DNA of 63,974 bases, counting the filler, from Cercozoa sp. M6MM (taxonomy: Eukaryota > Protista > Endomyxa: Ascetosporea): assembly GCA_040357565.1 (NCBI GenBank). It is 15 parts of 15 records of this genome, joined end to end, with 100 filler letters (N's around TTAATTAATTAA, not from the genome) between each part and the next. Parts side by side here need not be neighbours in the genome. Positions count along the whole stretch, not along the records: positions 29,890 to 38,155 come from JBDODJ010000551.1; positions 38,256 to 41,321 come from JBDODJ010001623.1; positions 41,422 to 44,119 come from JBDODJ010001715.1; positions 44,220 to 51,730 come from JBDODJ010000623.1; 11 more parts are not named here. The stretch is one strand, 5' to 3'. The notes below the pieces were generated by a model. That model did no database searches, had not been told where the DNA came from, and was given only the letters and a program-made list of their open reading frames with translations. Position 1 is the first letter of the stretch. Each line of letters starts with the position of its first letter. Below, in pieces: positions 36,401 through 50,277 of this stretch. The position numbers were made by a program, and so were the translations under genes.

Positions 36401-36968
36401 TCTACGCTGGGCGATACAGTACTGTGTTAACACACGTGGGCACGCTGTTACTGCACATTTTCAGTAATCATTGCTCTGACTCGTCCGCGTGGAGGTCATA
36501 ACTTATGTCTCAACAAGTTTGAGAAAGGAAGAAGTTTAAGAGTGTTTTGGCTTGATCTTGCCTGGACAGAGTCCTTGCAGAGAAGCAGAAAGCTCCGTCA
36601 CGGCTTCAGCCTGGTCAGTTGGCTCATTGGCTGGTTTCCATTCCACTCACTTCGTCGTGTGTTCACAGGCGGAGTTTTTCTTCCATAAACGCATTGTTAC
36701 GACCAAGGACGTCTGCCTTCGGTCGAGATCCAGTGGATCACTTCGAGACCCAGTAGGGGTATTTCACCTACAGTTCTAACGTTGACTCAACTGAGTGACG
36801 ACTTATCTAATTGAATGATTTATTTAGTCTCTCCTTTCCCTTACTGATTGGGCCATTGAGCCCCAGTAACAACGCACTCGCTAGTAAAACAGTCGAAGTT
36901 TTACTACAGTACTTGGTGACCACTCTCATTTTTCTGAGGCCGGACAGGGGACTGGACGAAGAAAAAAC

Positions 36969-37814
36969 TTAGGCGACGCTGGCGTATTTGGACATCTGTC
37001 GCCTCAACTTGCGCGCGAGAGGGGTCACGTCGACACCGCCGCTGCTTGTGCTGCTAGTGACAGGGACAGGGAGAGTCGGCACAGCCCGTTCTCCTGACCT
37101 CGATGAGACATCACCGTCGGCCTGCCGGTGCGAATCATCTGGGTCGAAATTCACACTGCTGCTGCGACTGCTGGACGGACGCGTGCGACCAGGCACCTGT
37201 TTTGTAAATGGACAGCTTATAGCCACCTCGGTACTCCCCAACCCATCCAGTGTTGACTGAGTACGAGATAGCTCGCACTGAGCGCGTCTTCGCTGCTACT
37301 GTCGTCGTTGCTAGTGTACTCACGATTCGCAGCCACTGAACACACACACACACACAAACACAGACACATCTGCTGAGTACTGACTCACTCAGATATATAA
37401 AACGTACGGTCGGCACGGCGTTGCGTCTCTTGTGTCTGCAGCTGCTCCAGCAGTGTCCTGCTATCACCTGTCCAAACACACAGAGATACAGCGACGTACT
37501 TGCACAATATGACTGTACTCAATTGTACCTTGAAGAGAGGGCGCCAGTGCACTCACAAAGTCGTCGAAAACACCGCGCTCTGCCGACAGCGCGAGTTCCA
37601 GGTGCTACAAACATGTGCCACTCACTTCTTTGGTTGCGTGTGTGCGTGTTGGGTAGGTAGATAGGGAGGCAGGAAAGTAGGTAGGTAGGTAAGCAGGTAG
37701 GTAGGTAAGCAGGTAGGTAGGTAGGTAGGTAGGCAGGTACCTCGCAACGACGCAACTCGCGCGCCTTATCGCGCAGCAGTTTGCGACAGCAGCGTTCGAC
37801 GTGACCAGTCAACT

Positions 37815-37863
<49 letters not shown>

Positions 37864-37873
37864 NNNNNNNNNN

Positions 37874-37922
<49 letters not shown>

Positions 37923-38155
37923 AAGTAATTCCGTGTACTATGTGAGGGACAACTGTACGTACCCGAAGCAAGCGAGCGAACCGTCGTTCCAACTGTACTG
38001 ACTGCGCACGAAGAAAAACGATACAGGACACCGCCAGGACGGCGACAACCTACTGACCCTTTGGATAACAGGATCCTCGTGACTCTGCTGCTGGAGTCGT
38101 TCCTGGTGTCGCCGACACGCAGTGCTCGCTCTTTGTAGATCAAAGTGCGCAGTCG
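36969..38155 (-). CDS. Hypothetical protein, 3' part
   Basis: Exons separated by CA and GGTA microsatellite introns. The terminal exon ends ...VTPLARKLRRQMSKYASVA*. Confidence 0.5.
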
Positions 38156-38255
38156 NNNNNNNNNNNNNNNNNNNNNNNNNNNNNNNNNNNNNNNNNNNNT
38201 TAATTAATTAANNNNNNNNNNNNNNNNNNNNNNNNNNNNNNNNNNNNNNNNNNNN

Positions 38256-38298
<43 letters not shown>

Positions 38299-38305
38299 GC
38301 TAGTT

Positions 38306-38381
<76 letters not shown>

Positions 38382-38395
38382 CAGCGAGAAGGGAT

Positions 38396-39992
38396 ACCGA
38401 GCCAGCAGCATGATGGGCACGTACAGCACGTGCTGTCGCGACACAAAGAAGCGAGCGATCTGTACACAGGCCCATGAAATACATGAGGAGTATCTCAGAA
38501 TAGGAAGACCAATAGGTAGGAAGGGAAGGTACGGCATCGAACGGCATCTGACGCTCGTAGTACTGCGAGAACAGGTGGCCGAACAGACGCCTATGGGGGT
38601 AAGCAACGTAAAAACAGAAAGCAGTTGTGACAGACAGCACTGAAGGTACGGGTTCACGGCAAAGAAGGGCAGGTGCTGAATGTCCGGGTCAAAGTCAACC
38701 GAGTTGGTCACCACGTGGTGCGCATTGTGGTTGTGTCGCCACCACTGGCCGCACACTCCTGCAGTCCCACACCCGTACACACAGACATATACACATACAT
38801 ACACCACCTCCCCGATGAATTTACCGAAGAAAGCCGTCACGAGGCAGCCGTAGTAGCTGTCCTGGATGCGGCAGTGCGTGAGCTGGTTGTGACCAAAGTC
38901 GTGACCGAAGAAGGCCTGCAGCACACACAAATTATAATACTTAGGTATATTGGATCATGTATAGGTACAAATTATATCAGGTATATTATATATAGGTAGA
39001 TATTATATAGGTATCTTATATATAGGTACATATAATATAGGTATATTATATATAGGTACATATTATACATAGGTATACATATATATATGTATACATATAG
39101 GTATACACTATTTATAGGCATATATGTGAGTAGGTAGGTAGGTAGGTGGGTAGATCGGAAGGTAGGGTGAGTAGGTAGACGGTAGGTAGAGGAGAGCGCA
39201 CCAGCTGCTGCCAGAAGACGCCGAGCACGACGGCAGCGATGACCCAGTGACCGCGACTCAGCAGCAGCAGAACACTCAGCAGCATGGCCGCGTACACGGC
39301 GACCTTGCGCACGTAGATGCTTTTGTCCGTCGAGTAGCGACCCTGCAGGAGCAACAGCAACACATAAAAGGGCACACTGTCGTTGGATGGGGTGGGGACA
39401 CGCGGGCCTACCTCGGCCTGGAACTGCTCGCGGATGGCGCGAACGTCCTTCGTGAGCTCGTTCTCGGTCCAGTCGACGCACTTGCCGACCAGCAGCCCCT
39501 TCCACAAGGCACTCTGCCGACACACACACCATGACTCGACTGGTTCATTATCACAGGAACGAGGCACTACAGTACCTTACGGACGCACTCCGGATGGAAG
39601 CCGAGGAATGGGTCAGTAGCGTCGAGGCCCATGACGGCGCGCAGTGCCATGGCACCGCCCGGGTGACGCTTCATAAACTGCGTGACATCCAGCACGTCAC
39701 CTTCCACCACGATCCTGCAGACAGTAGCAATCAATTTAAAAAAAAAAAGTAACTGCGCTTCTCGTTTGAGTGATAGAGACGGATCGATCGAAAGCAGCAG
39801 CGCTTACCATGCGTCTTCTTTAGTATTGTGGCGAGCCACCTACGACAGAAACAGTTCTTTTCTAACAAAAAAGTTCCCGAAACCGAAGAAAATCGAGGCT
39901 GGACCAATCGGTAACAAATAAGTGAACCGGGAATAAAAACAAAAAACACGCACCTCAGCCAGAGTGACTTCACGCACTGACCTGCAACTCAT
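38396..39992 (-). CDS. Cytochrome b5-fused front-end desaturase (delta8-sphingolipid/delta6-like), 3' truncated
   Basis: EVARHNTKEDAW|IVVEG..DVT.F...HPGG; His boxes HDFGH and WWRHNHNAHH; DPDIQHLP. Confidence 0.93.
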
Positions 39993-40147
39993 CCCACACA
40001 GGCCTTGCGCACAATAGAGGTGGGAAAGCGACAGTGATCACGGGCCACCTGCACCCTTAACCGTCCGGGTTGTCAGTAATAGCCAGCCCCAATTGGGGAT
40101 CGCGGCACGGCGAGGTGTCTAAACCAGCGTGCGTGTGGTTACAAACA

Positions 40148-41116
40148 ATGGCGCTGACCACAAAGCAGCTGCGCTCGCTTGAGAGTCGCGTTCTGGCTGA
40201 ACCACTTCAACATGCGACAGAGGTCGACGAGCTGTTGAATGTGTTGACGCCTGAAGCACCTTCCGTAAGCTGTACTTTGTATTGTCAGCGTGCTTGCGAT
40301 ATGAGAGCTAGGGTTATGTTTATGTTGGCGGTTGTAGGCCCAGGTGGCTGCAGCCTGCGTGGCGCTGTCGACGACACTGCCACGAATTGCGTCGGCTGCC
40401 GGCGTGCCTCTGCGTGCCGCCAGTAGTGGCAGCAGTGGCAGCAGTTCCGACAACAACAGCGCGAGCGACAAACTGCCCGTGAAGAAGAAGCGCGTGGTGG
40501 CCAAAGTTGCCATGTCCAGCAGTGGTACCCATGTTCTATCTATCTGCCCATCTATCTACCCATCTATCTATCTTATCTGTCTATCTATTTTTTAAAAACC
40601 TATCTATCTACTTTTTTTTTAAAACCTATCTATCTATTTAGTTACCTATCTGTCTATTTATTTACCTATTTACCTATCTATCTATTTCACCTATCTATTT
40701 TTATCTATCTATCTATTTGTTTACCTATCTATCGATATGATTTATATTGTGTGTAGACAAGAAAGAGGGTGCCGATGCCCTGGCCAAGTTCGGCGACTGG
40801 CTGTAGTTTTTTGCATCTCTGTGTCTGTGTCTCTTGTGGATGTGTTGACTGAGTGACTGGGTGTTGCGGTTGGGTGACTGCGCAGGCAGGGCGTGGTGCA
40901 GGAGACCTGGCAGCGCGCGCTGCAGGTGCTGGCCAAGCACGCCGACATGCGCGCCGTGCTGGCGACACTCACGCTCGCCGTCGACAAGGTAGTCTTGTCA
41001 CAGGCAGGGAGGAGGGCTGTTGTTGTCTGTCATGTGGTCAATAATGCACGCAGATCTGCCGGTGGCAAAGCGATGCCGACAAGGTAGACATATTCTAGAA
41101 TACACATGGGGGCACA

Positions 41117-41194
<78 letters not shown>

Positions 41195-41278
41195 ATCTCT
41201 GACACACTGTTTTGTAAGCAGGGTCGTTTCTGCGTGGCTTCCTTCACGGCAGTCGTGCGTGCATTCCTGAGCAACCCG
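40148..41278 (+). CDS. Probable NOC4-like nucleolar complex protein, N-terminal part
   Basis: LESRVLA..., ADALAKFGDWL..WQRALQVL, GRFCVASFTAVVRAFLS parallel the NOC4 N-terminal helices. The diagnostic C-terminal domain is not in the contig. Confidence 0.45.
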
Positions 41279-41499
41279 GTAGCTGTCCCTTGCCTTCCTG
41301 TTTCTGGTCTGCACCTCCCTTNNNNNNNNNNNNNNNNNNNNNNNNNNNNNNNNNNNNNNNNNNNNTTAATTAATTAANNNNNNNNNNNNNNNNNNNNNNN
41401 NNNNNNNNNNNNNNNNNNNNNTGGTTTCGCGGGCGTAAAAGTGCGAGGCCTCCTTCCATTGTGGTTTGTGCGAGTTGTCTCGAGGCTGCGTCAATCGCT

Positions 41500-43830
41500 T
41501 CACTTTTCAGAGCGGCAAGGGACAGGCCATACGCTCCACGCCTACCGCCAACAGGGCTCGATGCAAGCGAGAAAGGATACTCACCGATATGCACTGTTTA
41601 CTGGCAAGCAGCTGGATTATACTGTACCGTTTGACCAATGCTTTCAGTGCGACCTCGAACAGAGGAGTAGCCCGCAATTCTGGGCGGGCGCCGGCCGTAG
41701 GCAGGCCGCCAAGGTCCGCAATGAGACAAGTGTCCACGATCGAAACGTGATCGGTCACGGAAGACAACGGTTCGGCACCTAGGTGTAAACTTACGTGAAA
41801 CCAAAAATGACGAGTATACATCCCCTTCACGTTGGGGCAAGTACTGTAATTCACCCTTCGGGATGCCACGAGTCAGTCCAAGAACGTGTTTAAACGAGGT
41901 CGAACTGCCAACCACGCGTAGCACGTTTTCCACCGAATCAACGAGGTTCAGCTTTGTCTCTTCCGTCTCATTCTGAGGCTCAGCTGCGACAACTGGCCCG
42001 GGTAATCGGCGCGCGAGATTCGGCACCTGTGTGTTCAACGCATCCTGCAAAGAGACAAGCCACAGACTTTCATTGGCTGACTTGCGAGCTTCACGACACT
42101 CTCGGTCCGCCAGCGCGACCCAGCGCGCTACAGTCGCAACCAACCGGTGCTGCTCAAAGAGGAAGAACAACAACTCTGTCGTTGGGCTGGAGTAATTAAA
42201 CTGGCACTGACAGTACCACGAGTATTCCGCCGTACAGAGTGCACCTTTCTCGAATGTTGAGCCCGAGCTCTGTCAAGTTGTTGACAAGTCCGTGTCTAAA
42301 CGGGTGGTCGCGCACAGTCCAGCCTATCCGCCAGCACAGTTGAACTATCACACAGATCACGGCAGGCAAGGTAGGTACCTTCTCCAGGTTGCAACTCAGG
42401 CATTTGCTGATCACCGCAGTCTGGCACACGTGTACCCATGTCGATTCCTGCAGGCGCAACTTCGAGACGACGCAACACATCGGTGGTTGTTCTCCCTTGA
42501 AACGAGAACGCTTCCACTGGCAGCATGCCCGACATCAAAGCCATCGACGTGGCCGAGAAGTAGAAACTGCTCGTGAAGTGGAACGTCACGCGAGTGCGAC
42601 TGTCGACCAAGTGGCTGCGCGGAAGCACAGAGTAGTGATTGAGGGAAACATCATTGTCGATTCGATTTACAGTGACATAGCAACCATACTGTGGATCAGG
42701 TGATGCTCCCGGGTGCTTGAGGTCGTCGAATCTCGCCGCGACGTAAGCTGCCATCTTGCGTCTAAAAGTGCACCGAAGCGGCGGCAACTCTTGAGCAGGC
42801 TGGTCGGGCGACTTTGCGAATAAGTTAACTGCTCCGGAAACCAGATCACCAAGCCCCCCAAAAACGTTCCATCCATTTGGTGAATCAGGCTCTCCGCTTT
42901 CGATAGCGCTCGCAGCCGACGGAGGCGGAGGCTGCAGTGCAGGCCCTTCTAGAGGAGCAGCGGTCATCCCTGGCATCGTTGAAACATAGAAGCCCTCATC
43001 TAGATACAGCCCTGCGAGCAACTGAGCGAAAAGCCGGTTTGCCTCTTCGTCGTATGCTACGGTACACTCAGATTACCTTAAATATCCATCGTCGCGTCAT
43101 GTACAGTAAATGACGGTACCCATCAAGCGTGCATCAAGTTCAGGAGAAGCCGGCTTTGTGTCCCACATTGGGTTGCCTGGATCCTCGGCAAAGCGGCGAG
43201 CGTTGACACGACGCAGCCAGTAGGCGAACGAAGCTGCAGCAACCACACCTTTTGCACGGGACACAAAAGCACCCAAGGACTGGGGTAAACAATGGTAGAA
43301 CTGTATTTCGTGGCCTCACCATTGTACGCAGCACTCGCGTTGCCTCCGGCCAGAGACACAAACGCAGGCGTGGGTTTGTGGACAAACCGGCGCACGCACT
43401 CGACGGGCAGTCCGCTAAGAACGGCGATCGTAACCGCTTTCGCTTTGGGGAGCGCGTTCAGAAGGAATTCTCCGAACTTTGCGACAGCCATCGGATGGAG
43501 ACCGAATGCTTCGGGTCGCTGCTCGCTATCAAGTCGGGTTTGGCATTTTTCTAAAGTGCGCAGCTTTAATACTACACCTTCAATTGAAAAGGATTAGACG
43601 GCATTGATACGAATGAAGTCGTTGGTATCGAGCAGTCGATCTGCTTCTGCGCCAACGTCGGCCGGGGCTGCCGCAACGACTGCATCGGTGTCATCTGCTG
43701 GACCTGGAAGGAGCGGAAGTTCTGTGGCAGTTGTTGCGAGCGTCTGGACAGCAGGTGTAAATAAGTGGCGAACACAGAGGCGGTGTAAACAAGATACCAG
43801 AGTCGCGAGGAGAAGCCAAAGGAGCGACAT
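41500..43830 (-). CDS. Hypothetical protein with N-terminal signal-peptide-like sequence and long exons
   Basis: Starts MSLLWLLLATL; long open frames at 42296-43021 and 41598-42173. Exon joins not fully resolved. Confidence 0.45.
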
Positions 43831-44896
43831 TTAGCTATTCGCGGCTAGTACGGGTCAGTTTAACAGCAGACAATGGACTAAGCGACCACAGGAAGATCCG
43901 CCTGACAACCGTCAGTCGTTGCTCCCGCGATGCCCGTTGTTGGCAGCTTTTTGCGCTTGGAGTTTGGAAGGCACAACGCTGGCACGTGACAGTGAGAACT
44001 GACTAGCAACACCGACGTACGGACTTCGATCTTCAAAACAATGAGATGCGCGACTTGAATTCTACCCCCTGAGGTTGGGTGGAGGGTGGTGTAAGTAACG
44101 TTTATTCGATGGAATGTCTNNNNNNNNNNNNNNNNNNNNNNNNNNNNNNNNNNNNNNNNNNNNTTAATTAATTAANNNNNNNNNNNNNNNNNNNNNNNNN
44201 NNNNNNNNNNNNNNNNNNNCCCCCCCCCCCCCCCGGCAGCAAATCCTTGTACGCCAACATCATAGGTTTCCAACGCAAGTCCAGCATCTTGGTGTTCCCC
44301 ATACGCTCGCAGGATGGGTCATTGCGCGTACCCACAACAGAACGGAAACAAGTTCTAGCACACGTTGACATCCGTTGCCCGGCCAGTGCGATGGAAACTA
44401 ACTACTGTAAACTGACGGGAACTCCAGCTAGCTTCGCTTGCGTTCAAGTTGGTGGCGTTTACATGAACATCAACGTCAAGTCGAACTGATTCTCGCCAGA
44501 CCGGACTAGTGCTGTAACTACTACGTTAGTAGACGATATATACGCCCATACGATACACATAAGCTATCGAATATATGCTTAAGCCAAACAAACGAAAGAG
44601 AGGGAGTGAGTGCACCGACAAAAAAGGGAAATTTATATTCACCAGAAGTAACACTTCGTGGTGTGGATACGGGACCCCAGACACAGCCACCTCTTCTCTT
44701 CTTTTCTTTCAACTTTCAACAACGCCGAGCCGACAGAAAACAGTATTCTTCTACTTGCAGGTGCAACACGCCGAGTCGAGCAGTGCGGCAGCTGGACGAC
44801 GTGCTGCAGGTCGGTCTACCAGGCCATTCGCTCGTCGAGATGTTCTGGATCTAGTATTGCCTGTACAAGTAGCGCTGCTAACTAACTGACAACTAG

Positions 44897-44957
44897 CACA
44901 CAGCCGCACACAGCCGCACACAGCCGCACACAGCCGCACACAGCAGCACACAGCAGC
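44897..44957. repeat. 10-bp tandem repeat (CACAGCCGCA)n, intergenic
   Basis: Direct reading, about 6 copies. Confidence 0.9.
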
Positions 44958-45533
44958 AAACAAAGTTATAGCTCGAATCAGTTTTCAGTTTTAGCCAAAA
45001 AAATGCCTGTTCCGGTGTTCCTGATCTCGCTGAGCGCAATTAGAGGTTTAGGTACGTCTATTAGGCAGGAAATACTATTGGAGTTTCAGGACTGCCCACA
45101 AAAGTGTCACTAGTCACCGGCGCTGTGGGTGGAGAAACGCGCACCGAGTGACTGGATTTTTGGTTTGCAAACTTGATTTTTGTTGCAGCTCGAGAGCACG
45201 TCGGGAGGTGTGCAACGGCTGTTGTGCAGTTTTGAGACCCCGCTGCACACGTCCCACATCTAATCTAAGCACGTTCTTGCTGTGGGCGCGGCTTCTGGGC
45301 GTTTCAAGTGGGTGTGTGCAGGGTGATGGGGCGAGTGTAGTGACACTCTGGCACACCTTGGAAGGTCGAATGGATTCCGGTGTAGCCATGTGAGTGCTCG
45401 GCACGCGATTTGTACAAAAAATTGGCCCCTTCTTTCACCATGCATTGTGTGAGTTTGAGACTTGTGATACGAGAAACTACCGAACGCCAGAGTGCACTGT
45501 GCACTATAAGAACGCTTTTTTGCGCTTTGTGAA

Positions 45534-46259
45534 ATGGTGAGTTTTCTGTGTGCCTGCATTTCACTGTGCAACACTGTTGTTTGGTGCGTCGATGCACTGT
45601 GGGAGTGGTTTCTGGGCTGCTCCGAGAGTCCGCTTCTCTTTTGTCGTTTTGTCGTTTTGTTTTTTGTTTTTTGTTTTTTGTTTTTGGCCCGTCGTTTTCT
45701 GTCTTTTGTTTTGTCTTTATACAGTCAGTGCATTCACGAGTCTCTGTCTCTGTGTGTGTGTGTGCGCGCGCAGACTTTCCTGCGCAACCTCTTCGGGTGC
45801 CTGCGTGCACCCCGTGACAACGAGACGGCGCCGACGCCTGCAGGCCCTGGGCCGTCGTGCGAGCATGAGAAGCACCTGCTGCTGCTGCTGAACAGCGACG
45901 CGGCCGCTCGCGAGTGCTGGCGTCTGCAGCTGCAGCGCCAGCAGGAGCGAGGCGCGTCTTTCCGCGTTTGCTGGAAGCGCCGGCAGCAGCAGCAGCGCCT
46001 GCAACTCCGCGAACTCGCCGTCGAAGCTGCTGCCGCCGTTCGAGAGCGGCAGGAACGACTCGAGTGCGAGCGTCTGGAGGCACTCGAGCTCGAACGTCAG
46101 GCGCGAGTGCTGCGCGTCGCCCGCCGTGCGCGCGAGCTGTTCCGCCACTTGCTGGAGCTTCGGCTGCAGCACGCCATCGCCGTGCGCTGCAGCAGTGCGC
46201 AGCCTTGCGCGCTCGAAGCGCGCTGCGGCTCGCCTCCTCACTTCCACCGTCGTCGTTGA
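45534..46259 (+). CDS. Small coiled-coil protein with an ATG-only first coding exon
   Basis: ATG|GTGAGT ... CAG|ACTTTCCTG gives MTFLRNLFGCL..., followed by an R/E/Q-rich helix. Confidence 0.5.
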   Translation: MVSFLCACISLCNTVVWCVDALWEWFLGCSESPLLFCRFVVLFFVFCFLFLARRFLSFVLSLYSQCIHESLSLCVCVRAQTFLRNLFGCLRAPRDNETAPTPAGPGPSCEHEKHLLLLLNSDAAARECWRLQLQRQQERGASFRVCWKRRQQQQRLQLRELAVEAAAAVRERQERLECERLEALELERQARVLRVARRARELFRHLLELRLQHAIAVRCSSAQPCALEARCGSPPHFHRRR

Positions 46260-46897
46260 CTGCGACAAAAGGTGACTGCCGGCTGTGACATGTCGCACCC
46301 CTTCCCCCCGGTGTATTTTTACACCACCGTGACCTTCAGTTTGCTTCTTCAACACGACTTTCAACTTTCAACTTTCAAGTTATTCGATTACAATCAGCTG
46401 CCAGTGTCGCGTTTCGGTTGTACTGTCCGTCATAATGAGTGCTAACAACCTAGCACTGTACCGTACAGTGCCAGCATGAGTTTAATTTAATCGTGCCACA
46501 TCATATGTCAATCACGTCAACTTCCGTTCATGACCGGGACGGAGTCGAGTTTGCATTGAGATGGGCAGCACAGCTGGTACTGTACACAGTGCACGCGTGC
46601 ACCGCTGCTTGTTGCAGTATACGATCCTTAGTCGAGTCAGCGCTAGTCGCAGTGTAAATTTACAGTCAGTTTCGATATCCCCATGATCGGATCAGCACAG
46701 CGAGTAGTAACTGAATGCACACGGTGATTCCTTCAAGTTCTAACTATGTTGATCGAAGTCTGGCAAACTAGTGTCGTTTCGATGGCCCGGAACCCGAAAA
46801 AAAGCACCAAAATTTCTGTTTTGCTTCCTTGTTTCTTCTTGTGTTTTTAGAGCTCATCACGTGCACAAACACTTTTACACATAAATTCAGTCTAATA

Positions 46898-48266
46898 ATG
46901 CGGATACGAGGCCCGTTGCTGCTTGCGGCGAGTTTCGCTGTTGGTGCGTTTCTTGTTTCGTTGTCTTCCCTAATTTATTCAATACCAAGACAGCTTCTGC
47001 CCTCGTGTTCGCCGCCATGACGCAGTTTCCGCCTCTCTCAGTGTACGAAATGCATCAAATAATTTGTTGTTAAAGGTGGATGACAAGGAAGCTTTTGATG
47101 CAGCGAAGAGCGCTCAAAACTGCGCTTTCCGACGAATATCGGCGACATTCGCGATGCTCACTCCGTCCTCCATGTGAGCCAGTTGCCTTCTTTCCTGTCT
47201 GTCTTGCACCCTTGGAATGCTTTTTCTGGGAAGACAGAGCTACCAGGAAACCAACGGAAGCGCGGTGATTTTCGCCTTCTGCGTGGCCTACGTTGTGCTG
47301 CAGACCTTTGCCATTCCAGGTATGGTTTCTCGGCAGGAGACACTGTGCCAAGAACATGCTTGTTTGCCTGACATACAGGACCGCTGCTGTTGTCAATTCT
47401 GGCCGGTGCTCTTTTCGATCGTCTGACCGCACTGGTGCTGGTGTCGCTGTGTGCCACCTCGGGCGCCTCGCTGTGCTACCTGCTGTCGCAGCACTCTGCT
47501 TCCGGTGCTCCTTTCTTCTTCTACCTTGCTTCCTTTGATTTGTTCTGACTCTTATGTACTCAATCAGGTCTCGTGAAGAACTACGTGCCCAAGAAGCAGC
47601 TGAACTACCTGAAAACTCAGGTGGAGAAACGTCACAATTTCGACTTGCTCTCTTTCATGCTCTTCTTGCGACTGGTAGTGATAAGCCTTTGTGTCTCAGT
47701 AGCCGTCTGTCTATTACTTGTGCTTATCTCTGTGCTTGTGCAGAGTCCGCTGCTTCCGAACTGGTTGATCAATGTCTCCAGTCCGCACGTTGGTCAGTTC
47801 ATCCTTGTCGTTTGTTGTTGTTTCAGTCGTTTGAACTTTGACTTGTCGATCAGGCGTCCCAATGTGGCTCTTCTTCTCGGCCACCTTCCTGGGACTGGTA
47901 CTTTGTATCCCTTTACTTAATTTTATTCATCTCTATCTTGTCACTCCTGGTGTGGCTAGATTCCGGCCAACGTGGTCCACGTCTCTACAGGAACGCAACT
48001 TCTGCAACTGACCGACGATTCCGTTGGACTCGTACATTCTTGCTTAGTGGGCTAGCGACAGTCCCAAATCACCAAACTGGTTGCAGGACATGTCGACGGT
48101 CGCTCTGTTTGCCGGCTTTGGCTTTGTGCTACTGCTGCCGACTTTGTTAAAGGTGCGTTATACACAGTAAAGTAGGTTGTTGAGTCTTGGGTGTGCTCTG
48201 ACCTCGCTTTTTGCTTGGTTCGATCAGGACTGGTTCCGGCAGAAACTCGGCATGAAGGACGAATGA
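46898..48266 (+). CDS. TMEM41: TMEM41 (VTT/DedA family) ER scramblase
   Basis: KLRFP, YVVLQTFAIPG|PLLLSILAGALF, GASLCYLLS, FLRL|SPLLPNWLINVSSP, FFSATFLGL|IP. Confidence 0.92.
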
Positions 48267-48473
48267 TGACGCGATGCAAGCGCTCGTTCGACGCAATGAA
48301 GCCTCTGCTGTACCTACGCGTTCCCATGCAGTTCAGTTGCTGACTGAATGCTAATGCCGTGTTATGTCGCTCGATGCCTGCGCCTTCTCTCAGGCTACTA
48401 GCTATAGTTATTGTTTAAACATGCATGTACCGTACGTATACGTGCAAATGGCGTGGGTGAAGTGCAGGCGCGG

Positions 48474-50111
48474 TCACAGAGCGTCCTTGACGGCCATGGT
48501 GAGGTAGTTGCAGTCGGTGTCGGCATCGTCCAGGTGACTGCACAGACACGAACACACAGACAGTTCCACTAAGTGTGAGTGTGACCAGGGTGGAACACAG
48601 GGCTACCACTGCGCCAGTGGCGAGTTCTTGGACAGCACGGCCGACAGCAGCGATAGCGGCGTCGGCGGTGTCATCACCATGCCCGTGTGTCGCACCTGCA
48701 GGCAGAGTGGAGGCATTCATACACATACAGATACAGCAAGGTAGGGCACCCTCCGCATGTTGGCACCGAGCAGCATGTTGTCCATCTCCTCTGCAGGTCG
48801 AACAGTTCACACAGATAGGGCACAGTAGTACTAGTCAACGGGTGGTATTAGCAGTAGGGATACCTAGTGTGACAAAGTGGTTCCAGTCGTGCGTGCCGAC
48901 AGGAACGACACGTGCCACGTGCTCGGCACCGACGATGCCGATGAGGTAACTCTTGCTCGTGCGGTTCAGTGTCGACAGGAACATTACTGTGTGTGTGTGT
49001 GTGTGTGTATGTGTGTGTGTTCGTGTGGGTGTGGGTGGGGGGGGGGGGGTAAAGAGCAAAGAAAGGTGGGGTAAAACGACAGAGTACCACCGCCAGGCCG
49101 CAGCAGTTTCGCCAGTGACTTGACAAATTCGGCCGGGTGCTGCACGTGCTCGATCACCTCGAGTGAAACCACCAGGTCGAAATGGCCCGCCTGGACAGAC
49201 CGTCAGGATACGGACAGGTAGGGTAGGGACAGGTAGGGTAGGGACAGGTAGGGTAGGGACAGGTAGGGTAGGGAGAGGTAGGGTAGGGAGAGGTAGGGTA
49301 GGGAGAGGTAGGGTAGGGAGAGGTAGGGTAAGGAGAGGTAGGGTAGGGACAGGTAGGAACAGGCAGGGTAGGTTAGAGACAGGGGGTAGGTGTGTAGATA
49401 CACAGGGAAGAGAGAGAGAGAGAGAGAGAGAGGATACATGTGTCTCGGCCAGTTCCTCGGCCGTGATTCTCTGGTACTCGAGTGCGCCAGTGTCGTCCTC
49501 GTGGTACTGCTGCTGCCGCCAGTGTGTCTGCGCGATTCGCAGCGACTGCTGCGCCATGTCGATGCCCGTTGTGTCGGCGCCTTTGTTGTCACAACAGCCG
49601 TGCAACAACAACCTGTGTGTATACACATAGACACGCATACCCAAACGAGCGAGCGACTCGCTCGCAATGCCGCCGCCGCAGCCGACATCAAGTGCCTTGA
49701 GTCCACGCAGCGGCATGTGCTGCTCCCGGTCGCGTTGGAACCATCGACACGCATTCTTGGACACGAACTCCATTCTGCCCAAAACAGTGCTCCCTTATTC
49801 AGTCAAAACCTAGGCCCGGACAGTCCCTACCTAGTGCCGTGCATCTGGTGCAGTGGTGCCATCACGCCCTGCCACTCAGTTTCATGTAACCCACACTGCA
49901 GCTCAACTACAAAAGCGCTACCTTGGGATCCCACCATTCGCGCGCCATACGACCGAACTTGGCGATCTCATCCTGAAAGAACAGTTGCAAACACTCTTGC
50001 TGCAGCAATCACTTCGCGTCTGCGAGCGATCGGAATTACCTCTTTCACCGAAGACGAGAACCGAGTCCCACGGCGCCCTAAATGCCTCACTGTAATTTGA
50101 AACCCGTTCAT
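48474..50111 (-). CDS. COQ3: Ubiquinone biosynthesis O-methyltransferase
   Basis: Mitochondrial presequence-like N-terminus; EIAKF...[60 protein letters not shown]. Confidence 0.95.
49205..49380. repeat. 15-bp G-rich intronic minisatellite (GGGAVAGGTAGGGTA)n
   Basis: Direct reading, inside a COQ3 intron. Confidence 0.9.
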
Positions 50112-50277
50112 GTGGTCTAGGTGTTGTCGCAAACAGCACACTGCGCGAAACCGGAATTGCAATTTTGCCGAAAGGTACAAATGCTGTCAAACTTGAGCAA
50201 AAGATAAACAAAATCGTCCGGGCGATCGCTGTCTAAGTAGGCAATTAGAGCTCTAACCTGGCGCAAGTGCGGCTAGC

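Noticed and set aside
44220-45400. Possible small genes or pseudogene fragments (also 18700-18890)
   Set aside because: Some AG/GT-bounded stretches look exon-like, but I could not build a convincing protein or recognise a family.
49163-49630. RG-repeat (GRVGR) protein
   Set aside because: It is the antisense reading of a 15-bp minisatellite intron in COQ3.
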